Shown here: positions 9,438 through 19,995 of the stretch, one piece after another
How positions within the stretch are numbered: position 1 is the stretch's first letter
Layout of the letters: each line of letters opens with the position of its first letter
Source of the DNA: Candidatus Latescibacterota bacterium
GTDB lineage: Bacteria; Latescibacterota; UBA2968; UBA8231
Assembly: GCA_965242865.1 (NCBI GenBank)
Contig: CBDETK010000013.1
Location: forward strand, 160,001-224,000
Length of the DNA: 64,000 nt
Reading direction: 5' to 3'
Made by a program: the position numbers and the translations under genes
Notes under the pieces: generated by a model
Databases searched by the model: none
Seen by the model: the letters and a program-made list of their open reading frames with translations, nothing else
Told to the model about the DNA's origin: nothing

Positions 9438-11180
9438 ATGCCAACGAGCATTTTTGCCCTTGCTTGCGCCCTCGTCTTTGGCGGGCTATCCGGGCCAGCA
9501 AGCGCCCAACAGGGCCTAGGAAACTTGGAAAATCTGATCGATCTGGGCGGCGGAGACGCCAGATTACAGGCCCTTTCCGCAGCCGACCTACCCGACCTCA
9601 ATCAGGATTTGACTTCCGGCAAGGCGCGCCTGCCCGGCAGCTTGAACGTAGATAAGACGCGCATCAGCCAAGATCGCGACGTAAATCCAGACGCGTACAT
9701 CGTCGGCCCCAACGACGTATTGCAGCTTTACATCTGGGGAGAATTCGACCAACCCTACACGCTGCAAATCGATCCAGAGGGCAATGTCCTCATCCCCACG
9801 GTCGGTTCGTTTCACATTTCGGGCCGGTCCCTGACCGAGGCTAAAGAACGCCTCGCAACCGCAGTCCAAAACAAGTATCCCAACGTGAAAATCAGCATTT
9901 CGCTCGTGAGCATGCGCTTCTTTACGGCGTACGTCACCGGCGCGGTGATGAACGAGGGCAGCTTCACCATTCATCCGACCACGCGGGTGGCGGATATAAT
10001 CAAGCAGGCCGGCGGCTTTAGGGATCGGTCACGGGGCCAAGGCGCTGAAGATCCGACCCGCCGCACCAACCGCGCCACCGGCCGGCGCTCCATTGAGGTG
10101 TTCCACCGCGACGGCACGGTCGAGCGCGTGGACCTCGACATGTTCCTCGCCACCGGCAACCTCGCGCACAATCCCTACGTGCGCATGGGCGACGTGGTCC
10201 ACGTGGCGTTCCGCGACCATGCGGTGTACATCTTCGGCGCGGTCAACCAAGAGGGCGAATACGAGTTTTTACCCGGGGACACCCTCGGCGACCTAGTGAC
10301 CTTGGCCCAGGGCTTGCGCCGCGCCAAGCCCCTGATCAGCGCCGAGCTCTGGCGCTTTCAGGAGGGGACTGAGCAGGCCGAACTCATCGAGCTGAGCGGC
10401 GACAAAGGGACGCTGGCAGAGCTGGATTACGAAAAAATCCGCCACCTCGAGCTGCGCCCCAACGACGCGGTCTTCATCCGAGCGCAGTCCCTGTGGCAAT
10501 CTACGCACACGGTCTCGGTCTCGGGCGAGGTCCGGTTCCAAGGTCGCTACCGCATCGAACCCGGGGTCACCCGCATCAAGGATGTGGTAGCCGCGGCCGG
10601 CGGCCTAACCGACGAGGCGTCGCTCATTGGCGCCCGCGTGATTCGCACGCGGGTCCGCGCCGAGAGCGACCCCCAGCTAGAGCAGCTGCAAAGACAGAGC
10701 GAGGTGGCGGGCCTCACGTACATGAACATTGAGGATCGGGCTTATCTCAAGACCAAAACCCGCGAGGAAAAGGGGCGGGTCGCGGTCGATTTTGAGCGGT
10801 TGTTTATCGATGGCGACGAGGGGCAAAACATCCTACTGGCCAGCGGCGACGTGATCTTTTTTCCCCTGCAGCGGCACACCGTCAGCGTCAGCGGCCAAGT
10901 GGAGCGAGCCGGGCTTATTGACTACGAGATCGGCCGCGACGTGCGCTACTACATAACCAAGGCCGGCGGGTACTTGTACGACGCGGACAAGCGCAATGCC
11001 CGCCTAGTCCGGGCGCGCACGGGCGTCCGCGAGAAACTCAAGGGCGACCTAATCGTCGAAGTTGGCGATGAAATATGGGTGCCCCAGAAGGAACGCATCA
11101 ACTACTGGGCACTCACCCAAGAGACCATTCGCACCGCCGCCAGCATCCTCGCCCTCGTCCTTGCGGTGCGGTCTCTTTAG
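9438..11180 (+). CDS. polysaccharide export protein with SLBB domains (Wza-like)
   Basis: Signal peptide, YIVGPNDVL...IDPEGNVLIPTVG poly-export domain, repeated V.G.V...G.Y SLBB units. Confidence 0.85.
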   Translation: MPTSIFALACALVFGGLSGPASAQQGLGNLENLIDLGGGDARLQALSAADLPDLNQDLTSGKARLPGSLNVDKTRISQDRDVNPDAYIVGPNDVLQLYIWGEFDQPYTLQIDPEGNVLIPTVGSFHISGRSLTEAKERLATAVQNKYPNVKISISLVSMRFFTAYVTGAVMNEGSFTIHPTTRVADIIKQAGGFRDRSRGQGAEDPTRRTNRATGRRSIEVFHRDGTVERVDLDMFLATGNLAHNPYVRMGDVVHVAFRDHAVYIFGAVNQEGEYEFLPGDTLGDLVTLAQGLRRAKPLISAELWRFQEGTEQAELIELSGDKGTLAELDYEKIRHLELRPNDAVFIRAQSLWQSTHTVSVSGEVRFQGRYRIEPGVTRIKDVVAAAGGLTDEASLIGARVIRTRVRAESDPQLEQLQRQSEVAGLTYMNIEDRAYLKTKTREEKGRVAVDFERLFIDGDEGQNILLASGDVIFFPLQRHTVSVSGQVERAGLIDYEIGRDVRYYITKAGGYLYDADKRNARLVRARTGVREKLKGDLIVEVGDEIWVPQKERINYWALTQETIRTAASILALVLAVRSL

Positions 11181-11206
11181 ACAAAAACCCCAAGGAGCGC
11201 GACTGA

Positions 11207-12400
11207 ATGAATTCCCCGAAAAAAGAAATCGACATCCTCGACTTGCTAACGGCGCTGCACGCGGGCCGATGGCCCATCATCGGCGGCACCTTGGCGATCT
11301 GCGTCTTGGCCGGGGGCCTCAGCTTCCTCCTGCCAAAGGAATACGAGGCCACCGTGCAAATTCTGCCGCCCCGAGAAGAGAAGCAGAGTTTTGGTTTTTC
11401 CAGCCTGCTGTCGTCCTTACCCATACCGACGCTGCGCCTCGGGGAACGGGGCACGCCGGCCGACATTTCGCTCGCGACCATCCGCAGCGAGACGACGCGG
11501 CGGCGGATGATCCAGCAATTCGACTTGATGCGGCACTACGAAGCGCGCACCCTGACCGACGCGCTCGAAACCCTCGCCGACAAAACCACGGCCGACATGA
11601 CCGAAGAGGGCATGCTTTCGGTTTCAGTACTCGCCCCAGAGCCGCAGATGGCCGCGGACATGGCCAATTACTACATCGTCCTGCTCGATAGCACCAACAA
11701 GCGGTTCTCGCACAAGACCGCCTCCGAGCGCTTGAGTTTTATCCGCGGGCTTTTGCAAGAAGAGGATCAAAAGCTAGAGGACAAAATGAAGCGGCTGGAG
11801 GAGTTCCAAGCCGAGCACAACGCCATCTCGATCGCGGACCAAGCCCGCGCCGTGATCCTGACTGCCACCTCCATGCGGACCGCCGTGCTGGAGCTCGAAA
11901 TTGAGCGCCAACGGCTCATTCAATCCGGGCTGGGTTTTGACCACGACAAGGTCAAAAAGCTCGAGCGCGAAATTCAACTGCGGAATGTGACCATGGATTT
12001 CTTGCGCGATGGCCTGCCGACCAACAACGGCGTCCTGCAAAACAAGGCGTTACAACTCGATCTGGAGGAAGACTTCTTTCTGCCGCTCAAGCAGATCCCG
12101 GGCGTGGCCCAAGAGTACGCGACCCTCGAAAAGGATGTTCTCGTGCAGACCTCCCTTTTGCTGGTCCTGCTGCAACAGGAGGCCCAAGCCCTGATTGAGG
12201 CCAAGGACGCCACTTCAACCGTGCAGGTGCTCGATCCGGCCACGCCGCCCGAGATCAAGGCAAAACCCCAGCGCGTGATGATCGTATTTATCGCCGGCCT
12301 ACTCAGCCTTTTTGCCTCAATAGCTTATGTGCTGGGGGCGGTGTACATGCGGGATATTCAGCAGCGCTGGCGCACGCGGCGCGAGGCGCTGGCGGTCTGA
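11207..12400 (+). CDS. Wzz/GumC-like polysaccharide chain-length determinant
   Basis: EIDILDLL N-terminus, TM helix, coiled coil, [12 protein letters not shown] followed by C-terminal TM. Confidence 0.85.
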   Translation: MNSPKKEIDILDLLTALHAGRWPIIGGTLAICVLAGGLSFLLPKEYEATVQILPPREEKQSFGFSSLLSSLPIPTLRLGERGTPADISLATIRSETTRRRMIQQFDLMRHYEARTLTDALETLADKTTADMTEEGMLSVSVLAPEPQMAADMANYYIVLLDSTNKRFSHKTASERLSFIRGLLQEEDQKLEDKMKRLEEFQAEHNAISIADQARAVILTATSMRTAVLELEIERQRLIQSGLGFDHDKVKKLEREIQLRNVTMDFLRDGLPTNNGVLQNKALQLDLEEDFFLPLKQIPGVAQEYATLEKDVLVQTSLLLVLLQQEAQALIEAKDATSTVQVLDPATPPEIKAKPQRVMIVFIAGLLSLFASIAYVLGAVYMRDIQQRWRTRREALAV

Positions 12401-12840
12401 TGGCTATTCAAGTGAAGGTGGTCAACAAAGGCGGCCAGCCGCTGCCGACCTACGAGACCGCCGCCAGCGCGGGCCTTGATTTGCGCGCCGCGCTATCCGC
12501 AGCCGTCGTCTTAGCCCCCGGCGAGCGCGGCCTCATTCCCACGGGCCTGTTCCTCGAAATCCCCCCGGGCTACGAGGCCCAGGTCAGGCCGCGCAGTGGC
12601 TTGGCCCTCAAGCGCGGTCTGACCCTGCTCAACGCCCCGGGCACCATCGACGCCGACTACCGAGGCGAAGTGGGCGTCATCGCGATCAACCTTTCGGCCC
12701 AAGCGCAGCGCATCGCCCCAGGCGACCGCATTGCCCAGCTCGTTTTCGCGCCGGTGACGCGCGGCGAGTGGGTCGAGGTGGAGACGCTCGCCGAAACCGA
12801 GCGCGGGCGCGGCGGCTTTGGCTCGACCGGGACGCACTGA
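12400..12840 (+). CDS. dut: dUTP diphosphatase
   Basis: [37 protein letters not shown]. Confidence 0.97.
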   Translation: MAIQVKVVNKGGQPLPTYETAASAGLDLRAALSAAVVLAPGERGLIPTGLFLEIPPGYEAQVRPRSGLALKRGLTLLNAPGTIDADYRGEVGVIAINLSAQAQRIAPGDRIAQLVFAPVTRGEWVEVETLAETERGRGGFGSTGTH

Positions 12841-12931
12841 AGATCCTTGGACCGGCAGTAGTGACAAGCGGCGATGGTTGTCGCTGGAATACCGCACCGC
12901 TGACTTTAGGCGCGAATAGAAGGATTCAGGA

Positions 12932-13468
12932 GTGGAAATTGGGTGTACCTATCGCGTAAAAGTAAACTGGGTTATTGACGGTGATACTGTGGACGTCCTG
13001 TGGCAGGGCAATAAATATCGCGTACGGATTTACGGTATTGACGCTCCAGAATTAGAGCAGGCATACGGTCCAGAAGCTGCCGAGGCTTTGCACAGGATGC
13101 TGGGCGGTAACGAAGTACTTCTAGAAGTGACGAACGTGGACAGGTATGGCCGTGTGGTGGGGCTTATTTACTATGCGGACAGACATCGCCAAAATTCAAT
13201 CAACCTGCGTATGGTGCGAGATGGTCATGCCTATGCGTACATCCGCTATGGGGGTGCGGAGTTGGGCTTTACCAATGCGGAAGGTGATGCTCGGCATGGG
13301 CGGCGTGGCGTCTGGCGGCAATCAAGGCAGGGCGGTGAGCGCCCTTGGGACTTCCGTCGTCAGCAGCGCAGCAAGGCTCCGGTAGATAGTGGCGGCTGTC
13401 TGTTGTGGTTTTGCTTTCTGACTATTGCAGTAATTTTTCTTTTCTGGCTCGTGCGAGGAATTTGGTAG
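12932..13468 (+). CDS. thermonuclease (SNase) family protein with C-terminal TM helix
   Basis: VIDGDTV, RIYGIDAPE, DRYGR, ARHGRRGVW; AT-richer than neighbours. Confidence 0.85.
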   Translation: MEIGCTYRVKVNWVIDGDTVDVLWQGNKYRVRIYGIDAPELEQAYGPEAAEALHRMLGGNEVLLEVTNVDRYGRVVGLIYYADRHRQNSINLRMVRDGHAYAYIRYGGAELGFTNAEGDARHGRRGVWRQSRQGGERPWDFRRQQRSKAPVDSGGCLLWFCFLTIAVIFLFWLVRGIW

Positions 13469-13489
13469 TTGGAGTATGGATAACGCGGT

Positions 13490-13759
13490 TTAACGCGCGC
13501 CTCCGGCCAATGCCGGCAGAAAATGCACCTCGCTTTGCGGCCCCACCTTCGCCCTAAGCCCGGCCGCGACGACTTCGCCATCTACCGCCACGGCAATCTC
13601 GGTCTTGATGCGGTCGCCATCGAGAATCCGCTCCTTGAACGCAGGGTAGCGGGCGTCGAGTGCGACAATGACCTCGCGCACGGTCGCGCCCTCTACCTCT
13701 ACTTGCTGCTGGCCGTCGGTCAGCTTCTGCATCAGCGAAGGAATCCAAACCACCGGCAT
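13490..13759 (-). CDS. MoaD/ThiS family ubiquitin-like protein
   Basis: About 89 aa, GATVREVI..LD..YP, ends LPALAGGAR. Confidence 0.8.
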   Translation of the reverse strand: MPVVWIPSLMQKLTDGQQQVEVEGATVREVIVALDARYPAFKERILDGDRIKTEIAVAVDGEVVAAGLRAKVGPQSEVHFLPALAGGAR

Positions 13760-13763
13760 GGCC

Positions 13764-16019
13764 TTAGCTACTCCCGGCCAATGCGGCCACAATCCGGTCG
13801 GGCTTCATGGGCAATTCCCGCGGACGCACACCCACGGCATCCTCAATGGCAGCGGCGATGGCGGCGGGCGGCGGGGCGATGTTGGCCTCGCCGACGCCGC
13901 GCACCCCGTAGGGATGGCCCGGATTGGGCACCTCGACGATGATGGTCTCGATCATCGGCAGGTCGAGGCTGGTCGGGATCCGGTAGTCGAGATAGCTGGA
14001 GTTGTCGAGGTGGCCGTCTCGGTTGTAGAAGTACTCCTCGTTGAGTGCCCAACCAATGCCTTGCGCCGAGCCGCCCTGCATCTGGCCCTCAACGTACGCC
14101 GGGTGAATCGCCCGGCCAGCGTCTTGGACCACCGTAAAGCGCAGGATATCGACCTTGCCGGTATCGGGATCTACCCTGACATCGGCGATATTGGCCGCAA
14201 AGGAGCCGCCGACGCCCGAATCGGGGTCCACGGTGGCGCGGCCAATGACCGGGCCGCCGGTCTCCTCGACTCGGCCAGCGAGTTCCTTAAAGGTCATGGC
14301 CTTATCGCCGGAGCGGAAGACGCCGTCGTCAAACTCGACTTGGCTCGCCTCGACCTCCCAGAGTTGGGCCGCGCGCTCGCAGAGCTGATCCCGCACATCG
14401 AGGGCGGCCTTGTACGCGGCCCAGCCCGTGGCGTACGTCACGCGGCTACCGCCGGTTACGTCCGTGTGGCCGATTGAGTCGGTGTCGCCCACTTGCGGTT
14501 TGACGTCTTCGGCCCGCAGGCCCAAGGTCTCGGCAAACTGCATGGCAACCGACGTGCGCGTACCGCCGATGTCGGTCGAACCCTCGACCAAGCTGACCGT
14601 GCCGTCTGCGTTGACGCTGGCTGTGCAGGAGGATTTAAGCCCGACGTTGAACCAATAGCCGACCGAGATGCCGCGCCCGCCGTTGGGGGCTGCCGGTGCT
14701 GGACTCTGGTAGTGGTCCGAGTGGGCGATGGCTTCCAACACCTCCTTGCAGCCCATCTTGGGATACACCACGCCGTCAATGCGGCGGGTGCCGGTTGTCG
14801 CGCTGTTTTTGAGCCGGATCACCAGCGGCTCCATCCCCAATTCGGCGGCCAGCAAATCGACCACGTGCTCGGTGGCGAAAGCCACTTGCGTCGAACCCGG
14901 GGCGCGATACGCAAAGCTCCGCGGCTTGTTGACCACTACGTCGTAGCAGTCGATTCGGCCATCGGGGATGTCGTAGCACGAAAACACGCACATCGCAGCC
15001 GCGCCGACTAAGCCGCCGGGGTACGCCCCGGACTCAAAGGCGATGTAAGCGTCGGCGGCCACGATCTTGCCGCTCTTGTCCGCGCCCATCTTGATCTTGA
15101 TGTACGACCCCGGCGTCGGGCCGGTGCTCTCGAAGACAGCGGGCCGGGTCATAACCAGCTTGACGGGTTGGCCGCTCGCCTTGGAGAGCAGGGCGGCGAT
15201 CGGCTCCAAGTAAATCGGGATTTTGCCGCCAAAGCCGCCGCCGATTTCTTGGGGCACGACCTTGATCTTGGAAATGGGCATGTCTAATACCGCGCCGATT
15301 TGGGCGCGAGCGGTGAACGACCCTTGGGTGCTAGTCCAAATCGTCAGTTGGCCGTCGGCGTTCCAACTCGCGGTGGCGTTGTGCGGCTCGATGTACCCTT
15401 GATGCACGGTGGCGGTCTGAAACTCGCGCTCCACAATCACGTCGGCCTCGGCAAAGGCCCGGCCGGGGTCGCCGAGCCGGTGTTCAAAGTGGGTGGCGAG
15501 GTTGCTCTTGCGGCCGGTGTCTTCGCCAAACTCTTGGGTCGTCATGTCGTCGTGGAGCTGGGGGGCGTCCTCCTGCATGGCCTCGCGCACATCGAGCACT
15601 GGCTCTAGGACCTCGTACTCGACCTCGATCAGGCTGAGGGACTCTTCGGCAATGTGGACGCTGGTAGCAGCAACCGCGGCGACCGGATGCCCGCTGTACA
15701 GGGCTTTGTCGGTAGCCAGCACATTGTCGCGCAGGTACTTGAGCCGGGCCGGGCCTTCGCCGAGATCGACGATCTGGTCGCCGGCATCGGGCAGATCAGC
15801 CCCGGTGAGAATGGCCTTGACCCCCGGTAGGGCCGCGGCTTTAGCAGTGTCTAGGGACTTGATGCGCGCATGGGCGTGGGGCGAGCGCAGGACCTGTCCG
15901 TAGAGCAAGCCGGCCAATCGGGTGTCGGCCCCGTACAGGGCGCGCCCGGTGACCTTGTCGACGCCGTCGTGGCGAATGGGACGGGTGCCGATGACTTTGT
16001 AGCCGTTGGTAGCAGACAT
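13764..16019 (-). CDS. xanthine dehydrogenase family molybdopterin-binding (large) subunit
   Basis: KVTGRALY, LRSPHAHARI, GGGFGGK, AYRAPG, GQMQGG, RGVGE. Confidence 0.92.
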   Translation of the reverse strand: MSATNGYKVIGTRPIRHDGVDKVTGRALYGADTRLAGLLYGQVLRSPHAHARIKSLDTAKAAALPGVKAILTGADLPDAGDQIVDLGEGPARLKYLRDNVLATDKALYSGHPVAAVAATSVHIAEESLSLIEVEYEVLEPVLDVREAMQEDAPQLHDDMTTQEFGEDTGRKSNLATHFEHRLGDPGRAFAEADVIVEREFQTATVHQGYIEPHNATASWNADGQLTIWTSTQGSFTARAQIGAVLDMPISKIKVVPQEIGGGFGGKIPIYLEPIAALLSKASGQPVKLVMTRPAVFESTGPTPGSYIKIKMGADKSGKIVAADAYIAFESGAYPGGLVGAAAMCVFSCYDIPDGRIDCYDVVVNKPRSFAYRAPGSTQVAFATEHVVDLLAAELGMEPLVIRLKNSATTGTRRIDGVVYPKMGCKEVLEAIAHSDHYQSPAPAAPNGGRGISVGYWFNVGLKSSCTASVNADGTVSLVEGSTDIGGTRTSVAMQFAETLGLRAEDVKPQVGDTDSIGHTDVTGGSRVTYATGWAAYKAALDVRDQLCERAAQLWEVEASQVEFDDGVFRSGDKAMTFKELAGRVEETGGPVIGRATVDPDSGVGGSFAANIADVRVDPDTGKVDILRFTVVQDAGRAIHPAYVEGQMQGGSAQGIGWALNEEYFYNRDGHLDNSSYLDYRIPTSLDLPMIETIIVEVPNPGHPYGVRGVGEANIAPPPAAIAAAIEDAVGVRPRELPMKPDRIVAALAGSS

Positions 16020-16039
16020 GGCGTTCCTCCTCTTCCGGT

Positions 16040-16519
16040 TTAGGCACTTTGGCGCACTTCCTCCGCGGCGTCGAGGACCGCGCGGATGATTTTGTCGTAG
16101 CCCGTGCAGCGGCACAAGTTGCCGGCCAGCCAGTGCCGCACTTCGTGCTCCGAAGGGTTGGGGTTGTGATCGAGCAGTGCCTTGGCGGCCACCAAAAAGC
16201 CCGGGGTGCAGATGCCGCATTGGAGCGCGGCGTGTTCGAGGAACTTCTGCTGCACCGGGTGCAGGCTATCCGGGCTGGCAAGGCCCTCGACCGTTTCGAC
16301 CGCCTTGCCCTCGGCCTCGACGGCCAGCATGAGACAAGAATCGACGAGGATGCCATCGACTGCGACCGAGCACGCGCCGCAGTTGCCGTCGTTGCAGCCC
16401 TCTTTGGTGCCGGTGAAGCCGAGCGTCTCGCGCAATACTTCGAGCAGGCTCTGGCGCGGCTCGCAGAGAAATTCAGTCGGCTCTCCGTTGATCGTGGTTT
16501 GGACGTGTGTTTTGCTCAT
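16040..16519 (-). CDS. xanthine dehydrogenase family 2Fe-2S (small) subunit
   Basis: GCNDGNCGAC, QCGICTPG, NLCRCTGY. Confidence 0.95.
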   Translation of the reverse strand: MSKTHVQTTINGEPTEFLCEPRQSLLEVLRETLGFTGTKEGCNDGNCGACSVAVDGILVDSCLMLAVEAEGKAVETVEGLASPDSLHPVQQKFLEHAALQCGICTPGFLVAAKALLDHNPNPSEHEVRHWLAGNLCRCTGYDKIIRAVLDAAEEVRQSA

Positions 16520-16564
16520 TACCTTAACTCCGAATTTGGGCCGCCTGTTGCGGCGAGTGAAGAG

Positions 16565-17473
16565 TTAGCCGGCCGCTTCCTGCACGGCGTTGGCGACGAA
16601 CTGGCCGCGGGCCCGAGTGATAGCACCCGCAAGGGTGCGCTTGACCAGCACTCCGACGAGGTGGGTGCGGAACTCGGCCGGGCCGCGCATGTCGGAAATT
16701 GGCCGAGCCGCGCTTTGAGCGGCGGCCGCCGCGGCCGCGATGGCCTCGTCGGAGACGGCTCGACCGGCTAGGCTGTCGCCGGCCTCGCGGGCGAAAATCG
16801 GCGTGGGGCCGACCGCCCCGAGCGCGATGCGCGCGGCCTTAAACTCCTTGCCGCGATTGGCCAAGACAACGTGCGAGGACACGCCGACGACGGCAATATC
16901 CATCTCATTGCGCGGAATGAAGCGCTGGTAGTGAGAGCCGGTGTTCTTCTTGGCAATCGGGAGCTGGAGAGCAACCAAGAGCTCCCCGGGCGCGAGCACA
17001 TTGCGGCCCGGGCCGGTGCAAAAGTCCTCTACCGCGACTTGGCGCTTGCCGTCCGGCCCGGCGATGTGGCACACGGCCGAGTGAGTAATCAGGCTGGGGG
17101 TCGCGTCCGCGCTGGGCGAGGCGTTGCACAAATTGCCGCCAAACGTGGCGCGGCCTTGGATTTGGATGCCGCCGATAATGGCGGCCGAATCCACGAGCCC
17201 GGGGTAGCGCTCGACGATTTCGGGGTCGTTGTAGATGCGCCAGCAGGGCACGGCCGCGCCAATGACCAAACCCCGGCGCGGACCGTAGGAAAGCTCATTG
17301 ACCTCGGGGACGTTCTTGATGTCGAGGATGCAGTCGGGCTCAAAACGCTTGCCGCGCAATTGGACGATCAAGTCGGTGCCGCCGGCAAGGACGCGGGCGG
17401 CCTCGCCTTTTTCGGCCTTGAGGGCCACGGCCTCGCGCAACGTGCTAGGGGCGCAGTATGCAAAATTTTTCAA
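16565..17473 (-). CDS. xanthine dehydrogenase family FAD-binding (medium) subunit
   Basis: LAGGTDL, ATFGGNLCNASPSAD; TTG start with GAGGAGG RBS. Confidence 0.92.
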   Translation of the reverse strand: MKNFAYCAPSTLREAVALKAEKGEAARVLAGGTDLIVQLRGKRFEPDCILDIKNVPEVNELSYGPRRGLVIGAAVPCWRIYNDPEIVERYPGLVDSAAIIGGIQIQGRATFGGNLCNASPSADATPSLITHSAVCHIAGPDGKRQVAVEDFCTGPGRNVLAPGELLVALQLPIAKKNTGSHYQRFIPRNEMDIAVVGVSSHVVLANRGKEFKAARIALGAVGPTPIFAREAGDSLAGRAVSDEAIAAAAAAAQSAARPISDMRGPAEFRTHLVGVLVKRTLAGAITRARGQFVANAVQEAAG

Positions 17474-17517
17474 GGAAAAGCCTCCTCGCTTGTAAGTGGT
17501 CGCTGCGTTCGCGCCTA

Positions 17518-17546
17518 ATTATGGAATGCTCCATCCGCGCTGTCAA
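17518..17546 (-). promoter_or_regulatory. sigma70-type promoter of XDH-family operon
   Basis: TTGACA-17 nt-CATAAT on minus strand upstream of the FAD subunit gene. Confidence 0.7.
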
Positions 17547-17587
17547 GAGCGGTACAAGGGGCGGCGCAATGGGCTGGAAGCTGGAGT

Positions 17588-17613
17588 TGGATTCCCGTTT
17601 TCACGGGAATGAC
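17588..17613. repeat. REP/dRS3-like palindrome ATTCCC-N8-GGGAAT
   Basis: TGGATTCCCGTTTTCACGGGAATGAC, intergenic. Confidence 0.65.
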
Positions 17614-17677
17614 GGAGCCCGGCTCTACGGCTTGTTCAACACGACCCAAAGGGGATTTTCAGACCGCCTACAGCCTC

Positions 17678-19507
17678 TTAGGGGAGCTTGGTCATCTTCT
17701 TGGTTTCTACTCGCCCATCCACTGCGGCCCGATAGAAATACACGCCAGCGGCCACATCCCTACCCACCGCATCGCGGCCGTTCCAAGTAAAGCGATGAGC
17801 GCCCGCCGGCAGTGCCCCTTGCCATAGCTGTCGCACCCGACGACCGAGCGCGTCGTACACGGTCAAGGACGCCTGCGTCGCGTCCGTCGCCAAGTCGAGG
17901 GGGATCACGACAGCCGGGTTGAACGGATTGGGATAGCTGTCGCCCAGCCGATGTTGCGCGGGCCGAGCCCCCGCCGCGGTCGTCACCGCCGTCGGCAGGC
18001 CAGCCCCCGAATTCTCGAGCACATACATACCGCCCAAGGCCGGGTCCAACACCACCAAGTCTAGGTCGCCGTCGTCATCGACATCGCCGGGCAGCACGCT
18101 GACCCCATCGCCGGCCAAGCGATGCGTCTCTGTTTCTTGGGTCGGGTTCAAGCCTCCACCCCACTCGACAAACACCCCAAGGCCCGACGCCCGGTTGCCG
18201 CCGACAAACACCCAATCATCGACCCCGTCGGCGTTAAAATCGCGCACCACCACCTCTGAGCGCAGAAACAGTTGTCCGTCGTACAGCACTTGCTCGTTAT
18301 ATATCACCTCTTCTGCGGAAAGCCCTTGCACGACGAGGCCCATGTTCCCCTCAAAGGGGTTGCGTTGGAGTTCCGCGAGCCACTCCCACTGCCCATCGCC
18401 ATCAAAATCGCCCCCTGGAATATCCCAGAGGCGTTCCACCAAATCCAAGAGGTCGAGATCATTCGGATTCATAGTGAGTACCTCTTCTTGGAGATCCGGC
18501 CCAATAGACCAAACCTCAATTTCGTCTCTTTTTCCTATCACGATCTCGTCTTGGCCATCGCCATCTACATCGTGGGCGAATGGCTGCCAAGGGCCCATGT
18601 CTTGGCTGTACTTGAGGCGTGCGAATTCAAAGGCCCCGCGGCCATCATTGAGTGCCATGACCCAAGCCCAAGAGGGCCGCCAGCCGGCGGGGGGATCGCC
18701 CTCATAAGGGGCATGCCGAGCAGAGAAAAGGTCTAAGTCGCCATCGCCATCTAAGTCGGTCAAGACGCCGCCCCATATATGCCCTAAACCCGGGGTAATC
18801 GGATAAAACACTGGCGGCGCGAAAAGACCGGGGCGATCAAAGTGGAAATACGCTACGGGCGGCGGGGCCAATTCGCCCTGCGAGCGCTCTTCAGGGCCGG
18901 TCAACTCGATCCAGTCGATCTCAAGGTGCCCGACCAACTCGTCCACGGACTGGAGCTCCGCCGCTTCGTTCCGAGCAAAGAAAAAAGCCAGCCGAATATC
19001 TCGTAAAAGCCCTTCCCACACGATCTCATCTCGGCCGGAGAGGGTAAACTCTGCTTCCTTCCACTCGGTGGTAGTGTAAGCGGAACCGTCCGTGGAGCGG
19101 ATCGTAAACCGGCTTTTTGACGGCCTTTCTGGGTCGAGCCCTGGGGCCGCGAGATTGTGCTCATTCGTCCAAGCAAACCAAACGAGGCTTGCCGTAGGGC
19201 GATGGTGTGCGGTGCGGAACCGAACTCGCACCCGGTCGAACAGGTGCGAATCGTAGCCTATGGTAGAAGAAATCAAGGCCACATTCGGAGAAGGATACCT
19301 TTTCCCAGCTACCGAGGGCGAGACATTGACCTTCCACACGCCGTCTTCAACTTCCCCCGGAAACAGATGAAATTCACTTGACCCGCCCCAAGCAGTTGCT
19401 GTTTTGGCGGCCCACCCTTGCGTCGTTCCGTCGTCGAAATCCCACTTGACGGCCTCGGCGAGGCTGCTCCACAGCACTACGCAGGTAAAAACGGCGAACT
19501 TCAACAT
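17678..19507 (-). CDS. secreted FG-GAP repeat protein with C-terminal FlgD-Ig/T9SS-like sorting domain
   Basis: GGAGG RBS, signal peptide MLKFAVF...AEA, DLDGDGDLDL-type repeats, YPNPFNP...YDALGRRVR...WNGRD...GVYFY. Confidence 0.8.
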   Translation of the reverse strand: MLKFAVFTCVVLWSSLAEAVKWDFDDGTTQGWAAKTATAWGGSSEFHLFPGEVEDGVWKVNVSPSVAGKRYPSPNVALISSTIGYDSHLFDRVRVRFRTAHHRPTASLVWFAWTNEHNLAAPGLDPERPSKSRFTIRSTDGSAYTTTEWKEAEFTLSGRDEIVWEGLLRDIRLAFFFARNEAAELQSVDELVGHLEIDWIELTGPEERSQGELAPPPVAYFHFDRPGLFAPPVFYPITPGLGHIWGGVLTDLDGDGDLDLFSARHAPYEGDPPAGWRPSWAWVMALNDGRGAFEFARLKYSQDMGPWQPFAHDVDGDGQDEIVIGKRDEIEVWSIGPDLQEEVLTMNPNDLDLLDLVERLWDIPGGDFDGDGQWEWLAELQRNPFEGNMGLVVQGLSAEEVIYNEQVLYDGQLFLRSEVVVRDFNADGVDDWVFVGGNRASGLGVFVEWGGGLNPTQETETHRLAGDGVSVLPGDVDDDGDLDLVVLDPALGGMYVLENSGAGLPTAVTTAAGARPAQHRLGDSYPNPFNPAVVIPLDLATDATQASLTVYDALGRRVRQLWQGALPAGAHRFTWNGRDAVGRDVAAGVYFYRAAVDGRVETKKMTKLP

Positions 19508-19581
19508 GACGATACCTCCATAGAAATTTCCGCAAGATGGCGTGACGAACAATCGAATTATATGGCCAGCGACTGGCCGCA

Positions 19582-19908
19582 TCAATCGCTCTTTTCCTCC
19601 GCTTCCAAGCTCCAATAGATCGTTTCGATCCAGCGCGGCGTTGGTACGAAAGCCCAGTCCCACGACGCCCATTGCGGATCGAGCCCCTCTGCGCGGATTT
19701 GGTCGAGGGACATGCCCGCGTGCCGGCGCGTCCGCACGCTGGCCGTGGTTTCCACCAACATGCGATGGTAGGTCTTTAGGTCGTTGAGGGTGGCGACCGG
19801 ACCGTGGCCGGGGATGATTTTGGCGTCTGCGGGAAGCTGGTCGATGAGCGTGGCGATGTGCTGCGTCAGGGTCTCGACATCGCCGCCGTACTCTAAATCG
19901 ACAAAGGG
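19582..19908 (-). pseudogene. 3' fragment of MBL-fold metallo-hydrolase
   Basis: Manual translation PFVDLEYGGDV...KIIPGHGPVATLNDLKTYHRML...WIETIYWSLEAEEKSD*; no start codon, cut off by the duplicated block. Confidence 0.7.
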
Positions 19909-19995
19909 GCTCCACGGCAGGCGAATCTTCGCCGGGCGATCAGCACGGCCTATTACGCTCTATTCCATTGCTTGGCCAGATGTTGCGCCGACATG

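Noticed and set aside
13764-17473. Aerobic CO dehydrogenase (coxMSL)
   Set aside because: The large subunit has AYRAPG rather than the CoxL AYxCSFR signature, so only a generic XDH-family call is supported.
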